From Hydrurus foetidus (lineage: Eukaryota), in the NCBI GenBank assembly GCA_900617105.1, contig UYFQ01000023.1, positions 186,001-250,000 of the forward strand: 64,000 bases of DNA, written 5' to 3'. A program made the position numbers and the translations under genes. The notes under the pieces were generated by a model, which ran no database searches, was not told the DNA's origin, and was given only the letters and a program-made list of their open reading frames with translations. This document shows positions 48,432 to 57,697 of this stretch, in pieces. Numbering within the stretch: the stretch's first letter is position 1; every line of letters begins with the position of its first letter.

Positions 48432-49322
48432 TCAGGTCGCAGGTTTGTCGCTCAAGGCTTTCAGGTTGTCGCGCAGCTCTTTGCTCATGGGCAAATTCAG
48501 GTTCTGGTTCTTGGGCGGGATGGGCGACATGAACCACTTGGTGTACAGCTTTTCAAACTGACCGGATTTCATCATCCCGCCAATCACACCGTTCACCAGC
48601 TGCGCGAACTGCGGATCGTCTTTGCGGAACATGCAGGCGTAAGGCTCGACTTGCAGCGAATCGCCCACGACTTCCCACTCGGCGGGCGCTTTGGCGTTGC
48701 CCATCAGACCGAACAGCAAAATATCGTCCATCGCAAACGCCACGGCGCGGCCACTGTCCACCAGCAGCATCGCATCGTCATGGTCTTTGCCCAGCACGAA
48801 CTCCATGCCCAAATTGTTGTCGGTGTTGTACTTGCGGATCACCTGCACATTGGTGGTGCCCGTGGTGCTGGTGACGTTCTTCTTGGCTAAGTCCGCGTAG
48901 TTTTTGATGCCCGCCGTTTTCTTCACCAGCAAGCGCGTGCCCGTGTAGAAATGGTTGACCGCAAACTGCACATCCCGCCCCCGTGCCATGTTGTTGGTAG
49001 TCGATCCGCATTCCAAATCAATCGTGCCGTTTTGCAGCAGGGGAATGCGGTTTTGCGAGGTCACAGGCTGCACCGCCACCTTCAAATCAGGCTTGCCTAA
49101 TTTGACTTTCACCGCGTCCACGATGGCGTTGGTGATGTCCACCGAAAACCCCACAGGAGCCCCTGAGCCGACCAAGAAGCTGAATGGCACCGAGGCTTCA
49201 CGCGATGAGACCGTCATCTGGCCCGCATCAGCGATTTTTTTGAGCGTATCGGCACTGGTGATGCCCGTGGCGGCGAGGCCAGCGCTAAAGAGAACGGTGG
49301 AAATCAGACGGAAATGTGTCAT
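48432..49322 (-). CDS. Glutamate/aspartate-type ABC substrate-binding protein
   Basis: NRIPLLQNGTIDLECGSTT, MDDILL. Confidence 0.88.
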   Translation of the reverse strand: MTHFRLISTVLFSAGLAATGITSADTLKKIADAGQMTVSSREASVPFSFLVGSGAPVGFSVDITNAIVDAVKVKLGKPDLKVAVQPVTSQNRIPLLQNGTIDLECGSTTNNMARGRDVQFAVNHFYTGTRLLVKKTAGIKNYADLAKKNVTSTTGTTNVQVIRKYNTDNNLGMEFVLGKDHDDAMLLVDSGRAVAFAMDDILLFGLMGNAKAPAEWEVVGDSLQVEPYACMFRKDDPQFAQLVNGVIGGMMKSGQFEKLYTKWFMSPIPPKNQNLNLPMSKELRDNLKALSDKPAT

Positions 49323-49505
49323 GGAAAGCCTTGCAGTTACGGTTGTAAAACATCAGGAGCAACGGACAGTGTAGAGGTATTTAATTCGCTCAATTTGCAG
49401 AAGGCATCTTTGTATATTGAAAGGCTACCGATCAAAATACAAGGATGCCAAACACCCGAAACCTGTCCCTACCGCTGCGGGTATGCCCCCAAAATGCCGC
49501 CCCGC

Positions 49506-51062
49506 TCATGACGTGAACAAGCCCTTGTACTGCTCACGCAGCAAGTTCTTCTGCACCTTCCCCATTGTGTTGCGCGGCAGCTCGGCCACCACGAAGCAGC
49601 GCTTAGGAATTTTGAAATTTGCCAATTGGCTTTTCAGCACAGCCACGATCTGCTCGGGGTTCAGCGTTACGCCCGGTTTGGCGATCACCACGGCTACGCC
49701 CACCTCCCCGAAATCAGGGTGTTGCACGCCCACCAACGCGCTCTCTGCCACGCCCGGCATGTCGTTGATGTAGCCCTCGATTTCTGCGGGGTAGACGTTG
49801 TAGCCGCCGCTGATGATGAGGTCTTTACTGCGGCCCACGATGGAGACGTAGCCGCGCTCGTCCACCCGACCCACATCGCCGGTTTTGAAAAAACCATCGG
49901 CGGTGAACTCTTCAGCGGTCTTCTCGGGCATGCGCCAGTAGCCTTTGAAGATGTTCGGGCCTTTGACCTGAATGCCACCAATCTCGCCTGTCGCCAACAA
50001 TTGGCCAGCATCATCGTGTACGCGCAACGTCACACCGGGCAGCGGAAAGCCGACTGTGCCACCGCGCCGCTCGGTTTCGCCACCGTAACGGGCGTCGGCG
50101 GCGTAGGGGTTGCTGGTGAGCATGGCGGTTTCGCTCATGCCGTAGCGCTCCAGGATGGTGTGGCCGGTGCGGGTTTGCCATTCGGTGAAGGTTTCCAGCA
50201 GCAAGGGCGCAGAACCAGCGATGAAGAGGCGCATGTGGCGGACGGCCTCTTGCGTCAAGCCCGGCTCAGCCAACATCCGCACGTAAAGCGTGGGTACACC
50301 CATGAAAACGGTAGCTTCCGCCATTTTGGCGATGGCAAATTTCGGGTCAAACTTGGCCATCCAGATGATTTTGCTGCCGTTGATCAATGCACCGTGCAGC
50401 GCCACGAACAGGCCGTGGACGTGGAAGATGGGCAGCGCGTGGATCAGCACATCGCCGCCCTGCGCTGGCGTTCTCCAGCCCCAGTAGTCTTTGAGCACCA
50501 GCGCGTTAGAGAGCATGTTGCTGTGCGACAGCATCGCGCCCTTGCTGCGCCCCGTGGTGCCACTGGTGTAGAGGATGGCGGCGAGGTCGTCCGCGCTGCT
50601 GGCAGCGCAAGTGTGCTGGTCGCTGTGGTGGGCGGCGCGGTCGAGCAGGCTACCTGTGCGGTCGTCACCCAGGGTGAAGACGCTGCCCACGCCTGCCTTA
50701 AAGGCAATTTTGCTGACCCAGCCAAAGTTAGCCGGGCTGCACACCACCACGGCAGGTTCGGCGTTGCCGATGAAATAGTCGATCTCGGCGCTTTGGTAGG
50801 CGGTGTTCAGCGGCAAAAAAACATAACCCGCCCGCAGCGTGGCGAGGTACAGCACCATCGCTTCAACGGATTTTTCGACCTGCACGGCGACACGGGAACC
50901 GGGCGCTAAATCCAGCGATTGCAGCAGATTGGCCACCATCGCAGTAGAGTGCTCCAGGTCGTGCCAGGTGTAGGTCAGGCCGTTGTCGGTTTCGACGGCT
51001 ACTGCGCTCAGGTCAGCGGGAAAGGCGGCACGCAGGGCGGCAAAGAGGTTGTGGTTGTTCAT
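49506..51062 (-). CDS. matB: Malonyl-CoA synthetase
   Basis: YTSGTTGRSKG, LPIFHVHGLF, ERYGMSET; malonate gene context. Confidence 0.9.
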   Translation of the reverse strand: MNNHNLFAALRAAFPADLSAVAVETDNGLTYTWHDLEHSTAMVANLLQSLDLAPGSRVAVQVEKSVEAMVLYLATLRAGYVFLPLNTAYQSAEIDYFIGNAEPAVVVCSPANFGWVSKIAFKAGVGSVFTLGDDRTGSLLDRAAHHSDQHTCAASSADDLAAILYTSGTTGRSKGAMLSHSNMLSNALVLKDYWGWRTPAQGGDVLIHALPIFHVHGLFVALHGALINGSKIIWMAKFDPKFAIAKMAEATVFMGVPTLYVRMLAEPGLTQEAVRHMRLFIAGSAPLLLETFTEWQTRTGHTILERYGMSETAMLTSNPYAADARYGGETERRGGTVGFPLPGVTLRVHDDAGQLLATGEIGGIQVKGPNIFKGYWRMPEKTAEEFTADGFFKTGDVGRVDERGYVSIVGRSKDLIISGGYNVYPAEIEGYINDMPGVAESALVGVQHPDFGEVGVAVVIAKPGVTLNPEQIVAVLKSQLANFKIPKRCFVVAELPRNTMGKVQKNLLREQYKGLFTS

Positions 51063-51066
51063 GGTT

Positions 51067-51882
51067 TTAAAACTGAGGTTTGCGTTTTTCGAGAAAGGCC
51101 GTGATGCCTTCACGGTGTTCAGCGGAATCGGCGTACTGGTAGGCGGCACGGGGTTCACGCAAGAGCAAAGACATATTTGCTACATTTTCAATAGCTTCAT
51201 TCGCATAGGGGCTGTGCAGTGAAGCGCTTATTTTACGAAAAACCTGCTTGTTCATCCGCGCCGCAAGAGGCGCCAAACCCGCGATGCGCTGGGCGCTGGC
51301 CTCGGCGCTGGCAGCCACAGCATCGTCCGCCTGCACACGGTTCAAAAAGCCACGGGCTTTCATCTCTGCGGCGCTGAGCACGGCGGCTTCCAGCAGCATT
51401 TCGCGGGCGGTCAACTCGCCAGCGGCGCGGGCCACCAGCGCGGCTTCGCGGGGGGCCATCGGAAAGCCGAGTTTGGCGATGGGCGCGCCGAACTGGGCAG
51501 AAGCACCGGCGATGCGCAGGTCGCAGCAACTGGCGATCTCCATGCCCGCGCCCATGCATGCGCCTTCGATCAACGCGACGATGGGCACATCGCAGGCCAG
51601 CATGGCTGAGAGGCCGCCCCAGACATCGCTCTCGTGGAATTCGCGCAGCGCGGCAGCGTCAAAACGGAACGCCGGGTATTCGGAGATGTCGCCCCCTGCA
51701 CAAAAGCTGTTTTCATCACCTTGAATCAGCACGCAGCGCACGGCTGGCGTGCTGTGCAAGCTCTCAAAAACAGAGCGCAGCTCACGCCACATAGCGCGTG
51801 ACATGGCGTTGAGTTTGCCGGGGTGCGACAGCATGACGTGCGCCACCGCACCGTCAAGCTTGACTTGGATGTGTCCGCTCAT
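51067..51882 (-). CDS. Enoyl-CoA hydratase/isomerase family protein
   Basis: FCAGGDI, CDLRI, EGITAFLEKRKP. Confidence 0.88.
   Translation of the reverse strand: MSGHIQVKLDGAVAHVMLSHPGKLNAMSRAMWRELRSVFESLHSTPAVRCVLIQGDENSFCAGGDISEYPAFRFDAAALREFHESDVWGGLSAMLACDVPIVALIEGACMGAGMEIASCCDLRIAGASAQFGAPIAKLGFPMAPREAALVARAAGELTAREMLLEAAVLSAAEMKARGFLNRVQADDAVAASAEASAQRIAGLAPLAARMNKQVFRKISASLHSPYANEAIENVANMSLLLREPRAAYQYADSAEHREGITAFLEKRKPQF
51179..51240 (+). repeat. Dispersed 62-bp motif within the enoyl-CoA hydratase gene
   Basis: GCTACATTTTCAATAGC-TTCATTC-GC-ATAGGGGCTG-TGC...TTATTTT. Confidence 0.72.
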
Positions 51883-51892
51883 ACGGCCTCGC

Positions 51893-52879
51893 TCAGTCCA
51901 GCTTGGCACCCGAGGCCTTGACCACGGCAGCCCAGCGCTTGATCTCTGCGCTCACGAAACTGCCAAACTGGGCAGGCGACATGCCGGAGAACTCGGCACC
52001 GTTGCCAGCCCAAGCGGTTTTGAACTCGTCCGACGTGCTGGCTTTTTTCAGCTCTTCCAGCATGCGGGTTTGGGCTTCTTCGGGCGTACCTTTAGGGGCG
52101 AACAGGCCGTACCAGGTGGTGACGGTGTAGTCGGGCAAACCCACTTCGGCGGCGCAGGGCACATCCGGAAAAGCCGGGTTGCGCTTGTTGCCCGAGACCA
52201 TCAGCGCCTTGATGCGCCCACCTTTGATGTGCTGGGCACTGGAACCCAAACCGTCAAACATCATGTCAATATTGCCCGCCATCAGGTCTTGCAGCGCCGG
52301 GCCAGCGCCCCGGTAGGGGATGTGGGTGATGAAGGTTTTGCTTTGCAGCTTGAACAACTCACCCGCCAAATGGTGCGAGGTGCCGCCCCCGGCTGAGCCG
52401 TAGTTGTAGCGGCCTGGGCTGGCCCGCATCAGCGCAATGAAGGCTTTGAAGTCTTCGTTGGCGAATTTTTTGGGGTTGACCACCAGCACCTGCGGCACGT
52501 TGGCGATCAGCGCCAGGGGGATGAAGTCGCGCTCGATGCTGTAGTCCAGCTTGGGGTACATGCTGGGTGCAATGGCGTGGTGAACCGCGCCGATAAAGAA
52601 GTTGTACCCGTCCGGCGCAGCCTTGGCGGCGATGCTGGCCCCCAAGGTGCCGCCCGCCCCGCCCCGGTTGTCGATCACCATCTGCTTGCCCGTGTTTTTG
52701 GAAAACACGGCGGACAAAGGCCGCGCAAAGGCATCGGTGCCGCCGCCTGCGGGGAACGGCACGATCACGTTCACGGGCTTGGTGGGCCAGCTGCTTTGGG
52801 CGAACAGCAGGGGTGAGGTGGTCAGGGCGGCGCTGGTAGCGGCAAAGCGAAGGAACGTGCGACGAGGAAAGGTATTCAT
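51893..52879 (-). CDS. Tripartite tricarboxylate transporter substrate-binding protein (Bug/TctC)
   Basis: VPFPAGGGTD, NRGGAGG, IPYRG, W.GLFAPKGTP. Confidence 0.92.
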   Translation of the reverse strand: MNTFPRRTFLRFAATSAALTTSPLLFAQSSWPTKPVNVIVPFPAGGGTDAFARPLSAVFSKNTGKQMVIDNRGGAGGTLGASIAAKAAPDGYNFFIGAVHHAIAPSMYPKLDYSIERDFIPLALIANVPQVLVVNPKKFANEDFKAFIALMRASPGRYNYGSAGGGTSHHLAGELFKLQSKTFITHIPYRGAGPALQDLMAGNIDMMFDGLGSSAQHIKGGRIKALMVSGNKRNPAFPDVPCAAEVGLPDYTVTTWYGLFAPKGTPEEAQTRMLEELKKASTSDEFKTAWAGNGAEFSGMSPAQFGSFVSAEIKRWAAVVKASGAKLD

Positions 52880-52933
52880 AGGTATTGTCTCCGGTCAGTT
52901 TTAGAAAAAAAAGCTCAATGCGCATGGGTCTCA

Positions 52934-52971
52934 GCAGGTCGGGTTAGCGCAAAGCGCGTAACCCGACCTAC
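52934..52971 (-). repeat. GTAG-type REP palindrome
   Basis: Minus strand GTAGGTCGGGTTACGCGCTTTGCGCTAACCCGACCTGC. Confidence 0.75.
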
Positions 52972-52974
52972 AAA

Positions 52975-54510
52975 TCAACCCAGCAGGCTGTCCACGGTGC
53001 TGGAAACGGGTATTTTTCCCTGAAACAGCAGGGCGCGGTGTTTGTCCAGCCGTTTCAGGTCGTAGAGGTAATTCACCATCAACCCATGCGATTGTTTGAG
53101 GCCTTTGGTGGACGGGTCGCCCGCCCAGTTCAGCTGCTCGACGCGGGCACCGTTGCCCAGGTGAAAGCGGGCCACGGGGTCAGCGGGTTTGCCGCCCACC
53201 ATCTCACGGCCCAGGTACTGCGCGGCGGCGCGTTTCATGAAACGGCGCACCGGCGAAGTTTCGGGCAGGGCAAGGGGCTTGTCCATCGCCGACTGCACAT
53301 GCTCGGCCAGCGGTGGCTCAAAGCCCACGGCGCGGCCTAATTCGGCCAGCTCCTTCTCGTTCAAGCGGGCCAGCATGGCGGTGGTGTTTTTGCCCAACCA
53401 CGCTCTGAAACCGGGGATGGGCGACAGGGTGGCGAAGGTTTTGAGGCGGGGGAACTCCACCTTCAGCGTTTCCACCACCGTTTTAATCAGCGAATCGCCA
53501 AAACTCACGCCGCGCAGGCCGGTCTGGGTGTTGCTGATAGAGTAAAAAATGGCCGTGGTGGCTTTGCTCAAGTCTTCGGCATCAGCAGACTCGTCCAGCA
53601 ATGGCGTGATGCAGCGGGCGATGCCATCGAGCATGGCCACCTCGACAAAAATCAGCGGCTCATCGGGCAGCCGGGGGTGGAAGAAGCCGTAGCAGCGGCG
53701 GTCTGAATCCAGCCGGTTTTTGACATCGGCCCAGCTTTTGATGTCGTGAACGGCTTCATATTTGATGAGTTTTTCGATCAGCGACGCGGGCGAATCCCAG
53801 CTGATGCGGCGCAGGTTGAGAAAGCCCACGTCAAACCAAGTGGAGAACATGTACTCCATCTCCACGTCCAGCGCCTGCAAGCGCTTGTCGGTTTTGAGGT
53901 ACGGCAGCATGTCGGCCCGCATGTCCACCAAGAAGCGAATGCCCTCGGGGAACACGCTGAAACGCTGCAACAAACGGCGGCGCGGCGACACGGTGGCGCG
54001 GCGGTAATGCACCTCGGCCACGGCTTCGTCGGGCGTACCCACCGCTGCGGCGAACTGGGCTTGTGCAAGCTTGAGCGTGGCTTGGTCAGCGACGAATTGC
54101 TCGCTCATCAGCAGCCACATGTCACGCCGCCGCTCGACGGTCGCACTGGCGTACCAACCCGCCACGCCTTTGGCCCGCACACCACCTTCGACTTCGCTGA
54201 CCTGGGGGTCAACGATGGCACGCAACTCTTCCAGGGTGCGGCGCAGCACGCGGGGCGAGAGGGCTTCTTCCTTTTGCCGCAGCGTGGCTTTGAGGCGCTC
54301 GCGGGTGGAGCGTGAGGCAGACTCTGGGGCATTCGGGGTGGTGGAGGCGTTTGAGGCATTCGCCGCACTGACAGCCTCTTTCGCTACACTTTTCGCAGCT
54401 GCTGTCGCATTACTGGCCAGCTGAGAAGGCGTATTTTTCTCATTTTTGGCGGCTGGTGCCGGGGTGCGCAGCTTGGAAACGCTGCGAGAAATCCAATTGG
54501 GGGTACTCAT
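52975..54510 (-). CDS. Malonyl-CoA decarboxylase
   Basis: YEAVH, DRRCYGFFHP, FYSISN, TLSPIPGF, DPVARFHLGNGA. Confidence 0.93.
   Translation of the reverse strand: MSTPNWISRSVSKLRTPAPAAKNEKNTPSQLASNATAAAKSVAKEAVSAANASNASTTPNAPESASRSTRERLKATLRQKEEALSPRVLRRTLEELRAIVDPQVSEVEGGVRAKGVAGWYASATVERRRDMWLLMSEQFVADQATLKLAQAQFAAAVGTPDEAVAEVHYRRATVSPRRRLLQRFSVFPEGIRFLVDMRADMLPYLKTDKRLQALDVEMEYMFSTWFDVGFLNLRRISWDSPASLIEKLIKYEAVHDIKSWADVKNRLDSDRRCYGFFHPRLPDEPLIFVEVAMLDGIARCITPLLDESADAEDLSKATTAIFYSISNTQTGLRGVSFGDSLIKTVVETLKVEFPRLKTFATLSPIPGFRAWLGKNTTAMLARLNEKELAELGRAVGFEPPLAEHVQSAMDKPLALPETSPVRRFMKRAAAQYLGREMVGGKPADPVARFHLGNGARVEQLNWAGDPSTKGLKQSHGLMVNYLYDLKRLDKHRALLFQGKIPVSSTVDSLLG
54383..54444 (+). repeat. 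Dispersed 62-bp motif within the malonyl-CoA decarboxylase N-terminus
   Basis: GCTACACTTTTCGCAGC-TGCTGTC-GC-ATTACTGGCC-AGC...TATTTTT. Confidence 0.68.
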
Positions 54511-55187
54511 GGGGATACAAGCCTTGATGTCAATGAAGTCACGTTACGCGCGAGCTCGCGCAAAGCCACGCGTTGCCGCGTCAAATGGGTGCGCATGGCG
54601 GCTTCGGCCCCGTCGCTGTCACGGGCCTTGATGGCAGCAAACACGGCCATGTGCTCAGACAAACTCTGCGCCAACCGGCCCGGCGCGTGCAACTGTTGCA
54701 GGCGAGCGAGCTTCACGATTTTGCGCAAATCAGCAATGCTTTGTGCCAACCAGCGGTTATTGGCCAGCAAGATGATGGCCTCATGGATAGCGAAATTCAC
54801 TTCGTAATACTCAGGGATGCGCCCTGCTGCGGCCAAGGTGTTCAAGCGGTCATGCAAGGTTTGCAGCGCCTGCACATCGGCATCGCTGGCGCGGTGGGCG
54901 GCTTCAAAGGCACAGCGCCCTTCCAACAAGGCCAGCACGGGGAAAATGTCGTCCAGGTCTTGCTCGGTGACTTGGTTCACAAAGCACCCCCGGCGCGGCT
55001 CGTGGCGCACCAGCCCCTCTGCAGTCAGCACCTTGAGCGCCTCACGCAAAGGGGTGCGCGAGATTTTCAAATCCTCCACCAACGCCAACTCGTCAAGAAA
55101 AGCACCAGGGGCCAACTCGCCCGCAAAGATGCGGGCACGCAAGGTGGCGGCGACTTCGTGGTGAAGGGAATTGTGGACAAGGCGCAT
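54507..55187 (-). CDS. GntR (FadR subfamily) regulator of the malonate cluster
   Basis: ISRTPLREAL HTH plus FCD domain; first gene of the operon. Confidence 0.92.
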   Translation of the reverse strand: MRLVHNSLHHEVAATLRARIFAGELAPGAFLDELALVEDLKISRTPLREALKVLTAEGLVRHEPRRGCFVNQVTEQDLDDIFPVLALLEGRCAFEAAHRASDADVQALQTLHDRLNTLAAAGRIPEYYEVNFAIHEAIILLANNRWLAQSIADLRKIVKLARLQQLHAPGRLAQSLSEHMAVFAAIKARDSDGAEAAMRTHLTRQRVALRELARNVTSLTSRLVSP

Positions 55188-55250
55188 AGGGGAAGGCAGG
55201 CAAGAATTCAGGTGACAGAGAAAATGGTGCTGATGCGTAATTTCAAATAA

Positions 55251-55270
55251 TTACTCATAATTATGACAAT
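55251..55270. promoter_or_regulatory. Candidate GntR operator for the malonate operon
   Basis: TTACTCATAATTATGACAAT with the perfect core palindrome TCATAATTATGA. Confidence 0.6.
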
Positions 55271-55273
55271 ACG

Positions 55274-55305
55274 AAAAAAATGCGCAAGACCAGCTGCGCA
55301 TTTTT
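55274..55305 (-). terminator. Terminator (possibly bidirectional)
   Basis: AAAAAAATGCGCA...TGCGCATTTTT. Confidence 0.6.
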
Positions 55306-55344
55306 CAGTCCTTGTAAACCCTTAGCGGCAGAGCCACCCTGAGC

Positions 55345-55554
55345 TCAGTCGTCAAGGGATGATGCATTGCGCCACTGGGGATACCGTGCATCCATCCAAG
55401 CCTCACGCTGCCCAGGCGGCAACGCCATCACTTCTTCGCCCAAGCGCTGCACGTTTTTGCTCCAAACGCGCAACTCGTCCTCCTCCGAGTCATCAAAGGT
55501 GACGGTGATGTGTCTGGGAGTAGTAGCTGTAGCGGGGCGTGTTTCGGTGATCAT
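55345..55554 (-). CDS. Small acidic hypothetical protein (69 aa)
   Basis: ATGA overlap with the upstream ORF; FDDSEEDE acidic patch. Confidence 0.6.
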   Translation of the reverse strand: MITETRPATATTPRHITVTFDDSEEDELRVWSKNVQRLGEEVMALPPGQREAWMDARYPQWRNASSLDD

Positions 55555-56117
55555 GATTTTTCCCGAGTGTAAATTAAGGCCAGTTTTTGAGCACTCATCG
55601 CCCATGTGAGGTGCTCGGCTTCAGCCCGAATGTAGGCCGAATCAATCTCTCCAGCAACTGCGCGTTGCAACGCCATCCATTCCGCACGCCCTTTGCTCGC
55701 GTTGATGGCGGACAAAACGGCTTCTCGGGTTGGCCAGCCATAGGGCTTCATGGGCGTGAGCGAATACCGCATCGTTCCCGTGACGACACGCACTTGCGCC
55801 AATTGCAACTCAGAAGCACTCACCACATCGTCTTTTGAAAATGAAGCCCCGCCAGGATGGTTGTGGGTAAACGTCCGTCCAGAAAGCAACAGTGCCGGAA
55901 CATCCGAGAAACTCACTTGATTGGGAACGCCTTGACGCTGCGCCACCACATGGCCCACCTCATCAAAGAAAGCACCGGTCTCCAGTTTGTCTCCACGGAT
56001 TTGATTCTCAAACGTCACCACAGCCAGCTTGAGCGGGGTAGAGACATCCGCCGTCACAGCAAGCTGGGTACTGTCGTAAATGGTGAATTGACCACTTGGC
56101 TGTTTAAACCGGGGCAT
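55551..56117 (-). CDS. JAB/MPN-like domain protein (188 aa)
   Basis: E...THNHPGGASFSKDD JAMM-like motif; starts 3 nt after the lgt stop. Confidence 0.65.
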   Translation of the reverse strand: MPRFKQPSGQFTIYDSTQLAVTADVSTPLKLAVVTFENQIRGDKLETGAFFDEVGHVVAQRQGVPNQVSFSDVPALLLSGRTFTHNHPGGASFSKDDVVSASELQLAQVRVVTGTMRYSLTPMKPYGWPTREAVLSAINASKGRAEWMALQRAVAGEIDSAYIRAEAEHLTWAMSAQKLALIYTREKS

Positions 56118-56119
56118 GC

Positions 56120-56950
56120 TTAACCACGGGTAAGCGTCATGTTCGACTCGCCCCGTCCGAACCACCACCACAGACCCAGACCCACAGCCATCATCGGCAC
56201 GCACAGCCACTGCCCCATGCTCATGCCCAAGCTGAGCAGGCCCAAGTGGGCATCGGGTTCGCGAAAGAATTCGGTGATGAACCGCAACACGCCGTAGCCC
56301 AGCAAGAACATCGCGGCGACCTGCCCCTCGCGTCGCTCGCTTCTGGCGTACAGCCACAGCACCACGAACAGCACCGGCCCTTCGGCCAGAATTTGGTACA
56401 CCGACGACGGGTGGCGCGGCAGCATGGAGCCGCTGTTGGGGAAAATCATCGCCCAAGGCAAGGTGGCATCGGCAAAGCGTCCGGGCAATTCACCGTTGAT
56501 GAAGTTACCCACCCGGCCACAGGCCAAACCGGTGGGCACGCAGGGGGCGATGAAATCCATCACTTGCCAAAACGGGCGAGCGCGTGAATAGGCAAACCAG
56601 ATTTGCGAGACAATCACGCCCAACATCCCGCCATGAAACGACATGCCACCCTGCCAAACGGCAAAAATTTCTAAAGGATGGCTGGCGTAATACCCCGGCT
56701 TGTAAAACAAGCAATAACCGATGCGCCCGCCCAGCACCACACCCAGCACACCGAGGAACAAAATATCTTCAACATCCTTACGCAGCCACGCACCCGCTCC
56801 GGTGATGCGGGCAAACGGCTGGTGGCGCAAACGCAGCGTGCCCAGCCAGACAAAGAAGCCGAAGGCGGCGAGGTAGGTCAGCCCATACCAATGGATGGCC
56901 ACAGGGCCGAGTTGCAGGGCGACGGGGTTGAGTTGGGGGTATGTCAGCAT
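56120..56950 (-). CDS. lgt: Prolipoprotein diacylglyceryl transferase
   Basis: HWYG, GGMSFHGG, GRVGNFINGEL, EFFREPD. Confidence 0.97.
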   Translation of the reverse strand: MLTYPQLNPVALQLGPVAIHWYGLTYLAAFGFFVWLGTLRLRHQPFARITGAGAWLRKDVEDILFLGVLGVVLGGRIGYCLFYKPGYYASHPLEIFAVWQGGMSFHGGMLGVIVSQIWFAYSRARPFWQVMDFIAPCVPTGLACGRVGNFINGELPGRFADATLPWAMIFPNSGSMLPRHPSSVYQILAEGPVLFVVLWLYARSERREGQVAAMFLLGYGVLRFITEFFREPDAHLGLLSLGMSMGQWLCVPMMAVGLGLWWWFGRGESNMTLTRG

Positions 56951-57004
56951 GGGCTGGATTGTGCCTTGGTGTTGCGCCCTCTCGCGTGGCGAGCACTGAA
57001 ACAG

Positions 57005-57066
57005 ACTCCTTTATTGATAGCTGTCACCGCAATAATCCTGAGGGATAAAGGCATTTTTTATTCCCA
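57005..57066 (+). repeat. Dispersed 62-bp motif, intergenic copy
   Basis: ACTCCTTTATTGATAGC-TGTCACC-GC-AATAATCCTG-AGG...CATTTTTT. Confidence 0.68.
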
Positions 57067-57133
57067 AAAAAACCGTTTTGAGTGCATTTTGATGCGTTAG
57101 GATGCTGGTTGCTTCTATGCCCCTTGCATACCA

Positions 57134-57649
57134 ATGCTGGAACAGCCTATCTGTATGAATGCCATCACACTTGCCGCACTCGAAACCTTTCCTCAACATC
57201 TGGAGGCTCACTACGCCGCCATTCCTACGGCCTTCAAACACTGGGCACCGTCGTCTTGGGAAGGGGTGCCCAGTGAGGCGTTCACGGCCATCGAGCAGGT
57301 TTGCCACATCCGCGATATTGAAATTGAGGGGTATCACGTGCGCTTCCAACGGACTTTGGACGAGCTCAATCCCACACTGGTGTCCATCGACAGCGAACCA
57401 CTTGCGCTCGCCCGCTCTTACGCGACCGAGAATGCCGAAAAAGCTTTCGTAACCTTTCGAGAAGCACGCGCCCAAACGGTCGCCCTCATCAAAGGGCTGA
57501 CTGCTGCGCAATTCAGCCGAACAGCGGTGTTTGAAGGTTACGGGTCGCTGTCACTGCGAAGCCTCGTGCATTACCTGTGCAGCCACGATCAGCAACATTT
57601 GGCCGGGTTGCAGTGGCTGCTTGGAAAGATCGAGGCATCGCGTGCGTGA
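57134..57649 (+). CDS. DinB family protein
   Basis: EQVCHIRD and HDQQHL metal-binding His pattern. Confidence 0.85.
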   Translation: MLEQPICMNAITLAALETFPQHLEAHYAAIPTAFKHWAPSSWEGVPSEAFTAIEQVCHIRDIEIEGYHVRFQRTLDELNPTLVSIDSEPLALARSYATENAEKAFVTFREARAQTVALIKGLTAAQFSRTAVFEGYGSLSLRSLVHYLCSHDQQHLAGLQWLLGKIEASRA

Positions 57650-57697
57650 GCAGCGGTAGGATGCTGGCACCATTCCTTCAACACCTGAAAGACCACC

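Noticed and set aside
55551..56456. 301-aa version of the JAB-like ORF
   Set aside because: The first 113 codons overlap lgt out of frame; the real start is likely 56117
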